DNA of 55,326 nucleotides, filler included, from Basidiobolus ranarum (Eukaryota): NCBI GenBank assembly GCA_040143965.1. It is 4 parts of 4 records of this genome, joined end to end, with 100 filler letters (N's around TTAATTAATTAA, not from the genome) between each part and the next. Parts side by side here need not be neighbours in the genome. Positions count along the whole stretch, not along the records: positions 41,595 to 55,326 come from JASJQH010000464.1; 3 more parts are not named here. One strand, 5' to 3'. Shown piece by piece: positions 52,589 to 55,326 of this stretch (position 1 is its first letter; each line of letters starts with the position of its first letter). The notes under the pieces were generated by a model. It saw only the letters and a program-made list of their open reading frames with translations, ran no database searches and was not told where the DNA came from. The position numbers and the translations under genes were made by a program.

Positions 52589-55210
52589 ATGACGCCACAC
52601 GAAAATCATTCTCACATACCGGAGTCACGTAGGTTGCTAATCTTGTATGGCTCGCAAACTGGCTGTGCTCAAGACGTAGCTGAACGAATATGGCGTGAGG
52701 GAATTAGAAGACATTTCGCCTCAGAAGTCCTTTCTATGGACGATTATGATATTGTAATTTATTTATCTTATACCCTTGTTACTATCAACTCAGTAAGAGA
52801 TAACAATTCCCTACTTCCTTGCTTTTAGAATGAATTAGTTCATGAAAAATTGGTGATTTTCGTATGTTCTACTACTGGACAAGGTGAAGAACCGGATAAT
52901 ATGAAGGTATGAAAGTATCGGTTTATTTATGAATAAGCATGAAATAATTTGTTAACTGAAACTTCCATCTGTCTTCTAGAAATTTTGGAAGTTTTTGTTG
53001 AGAAAAGCTTTACCTCGAGATGTATTAGAGCAAATGGAATATACAGTGTTCGGTTTAGGAGATTCTTCTTATCAAAAGTACTCTTCTTATTTTAGTTGTT
53101 GTAGTGGACAAACATTTACTACTCGTTGAAAGAATATGTCTCTAATGGTTATCGATTGTGGTTTATTAAGGTTTAATTTTCCTTCGAAAAAATTGTACAA
53201 AAGATTGAGTCAACTTGGTGCACAGGGATTTTTCCCAAGAGGAGATGGGGATGATCAACATTATTTAGGGTAAACACTTTCATTGTAACATATGGTTTAT
53301 GTGACCACTCTAACTCGTTCTTGGATATATTAGTGTGGATGGAACTTTAAATTCTTGGTTACAAGGTATGTGGGAAACTCTTTTAAGAAAGTATCCACTA
53401 TCTAGTGGACTGGAGATTATACCACAAGAAGTACTATATCCTTTTCGATACTTTTTATATTGAACTATCTATGGATATATATTCTTTCCTTGACTCTCCA
53501 TACCCTTCCTCCTAGTTATAAACTTCGGTTTTTGGACAATCCAACGGAGAAACCCAGCACTAGCAATGAATTGGAAACTGGATTTCAATTAGCTACGCTT
53601 ATAAGCAACCAACGAATCACTCATGTTGAACATTTTCAAGATGTTAGACACATTGAGATAGATATCAGTGATATGAAGAATCAAGGATACAACCCTGGAG
53701 ATGTAGCCGATATACTTCCCAGGAATTTACCAGAAGATGTTGAAGCGTTTATAGAGTTAATGAAATGGTCAGATATCGCAGATAAAGAATTCGTTATAGA
53801 ACAAAATCAACCAGATAGAAGAGTACCTGTACGTCTATTAGGGATAAAAACCATTCGAAATCTCTTTACCTATGATTTGGATTTCCTTGGAGTCCCTAGA
53901 AGATCATTCATTGAAATGTTGTCGTATTTTACTACCGATGAAAATGAAACCGAAAAATTAAGAGAATTTTGCACTACTGAGGGCCAGGTAGATAGACTCT
54001 AACCTTCTAATCGAGATGTTGACCTCTATTTACACCTCTTTTCAGGATGACTTTTACACCTACGCTAATAGAGTTAAAAGAACCACCTTTGAGGTGTTGC
54101 AAGATTTTCACTCACCAAAGATTTCCTTGGACTATTTGATGGATATTTTCCCAATCATTCGACATCGGTCATTTTCCATCTCTTCTTCCCCCACGGTTAG
54201 TGATCGGAAAGGTTGAATTCTTTAGTTAATTCTCGACTTACATTCTATTGGGATTCAGGTTCATCCCTCTCAAGTTCATCTAACAGTTGGTATTGTCCAA
54301 TATAAGACCAAACTTCAAGCCCCTCGTACTGGAGTCTGTACCAAATGGATGGCGCAGTTAGGTTGGTAAAATTCAACCAACATCCCTAGAAATTTTACTT
54401 AATCATTCATCTATATCCACTAGATCAGGGTAGTAGGATTCCAATTCGATTTTCCAAAGGAACCATGAAACTTCCAGTCACTCCAGTACCTACCATTTTC
54501 ATCGGCCCAGGTAAATCCCATGATCGGAAAACGCCCTCAATTGAAATTCATTAATCAATGGAATCTAGGAACGGGTATTGCCCCAATGCGATCCTTCATT
54601 GAAGAAAGAGTTAATGCTGGATGTATGGGTATGTCGAAATTCTTGTAGATCATTCTTAGTGGATCCCTTAGATACTAAATTCATTGATTTAGAAAATTAT
54701 TTGTTCTTTGGTTGTCGATATACTTCCATGGATTATCATTATCGTCAACAGTGGGAAGAATATGCCGCAAAGGGTCAACTTAAATTATATATTGCTGCTT
54801 CTAGAGATCAAGTAATTCATTACTTTGACGGTGACCCTCTTACCCATACCCATAACCATAACTTATATATTACTTCATACAATTCAGGATGAGAAAATCT
54901 ACGTTCAACATAAACTACTGGAAGAAGGAGCTATGTTATGGAACCTAATTTCACACCATGAAGCGGTGATTTTCCTATCCGGGTAAGTAATTCCACTCCA
55001 CTCCATTCCATTCAATGAAATGTCCTAACCATTTTATGTTCTTTACTAAATGAAATCTCTCCTAGAAATGCCAATCGAATGCAAAAAGATGTAAATTCCG
55101 CATTAATCGAAATCATTCAAATTCATGGGAATATGTCAGAAATCGAAGCCATTTCATATCTTAATTCATTGGAAAAATTCAAGAGATTTCAACAAGAATG
55201 TTGGTTCTAA
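52589..55210 (+). CDS. TAH18: NADPH-dependent diflavin oxidoreductase 1 (NDOR1/Tah18), 13 exons
   Basis: [108 protein letters not shown], ends QQECWF*. Confidence 0.95.
53436..53503 (+). other. U12-type AT-AC intron (68 nt) in NDOR1/TAH18
   Basis: 5' ATATCCTTT; branch TTCCTTGAC at 53486-53494; 3' end ...CATAC. Removal joins IIPQEV-L-LPPSYKL in frame; unspliced reading stops at TGA 53461. Confidence 0.92.
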
Positions 55211-55326
55211 TCACTTGGTAAATCCACTATCCCACTCGAATCTCAGTTATTTGCTCATTTTTTACTCTTCCTTGACTATATTGATTATATAAAAGTAGAG
55301 TTTAACTACCTCCTACTGCTACTGCT

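Overview
Intron-rich, AT-rich eukaryotic DNA, by inference from an early-diverging fungus (Zoopagomycota/Mucoromycota-like; Basidiobolus is a plausible but unproven guess). The window is not contiguous. It is four contigs (1-13776, 13877-27644, 27745-41494, 41595-55326; lengths 13776/13768/13750/13732, size-sorted) joined by N44-TTAATTAATTAA-N44 linkers. Contig 1: ARF6-class GTPase, a compact phytol/polyprenol-kinase-like membrane enzyme, a CAMK-group kinase. Contig 2: a Kelch + transmembrane receptor-like protein, an inverted pair of paralogous C2H2 factors, and three tandem 55-aa NDUFA4/MLRQ-like microprotein genes missing from the ORF track. Contig 3: a CpG-depleted relic, glycogen phosphorylase, a 4-exon fusion of a degenerate RluA-type pseudouridine synthase with a HemK/PrmC methyltransferase, and a truncated myosin V. 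Contig 4: a Ty1/copia gag relic, a fasciclin protein, DHCR7, a C2H2 factor and NDOR1/Tah18. Highlights: the pseudo-RluA::HemK fusion, two U12-type minor introns (GT-AG in ARF6, AT-AC in NDOR1), the microprotein array, the unusual cytoplasmic domain of the Kelch protein, and a bacterial-looking lipid kinase. All family assignments are from motif recognition by eye; no searches were run.
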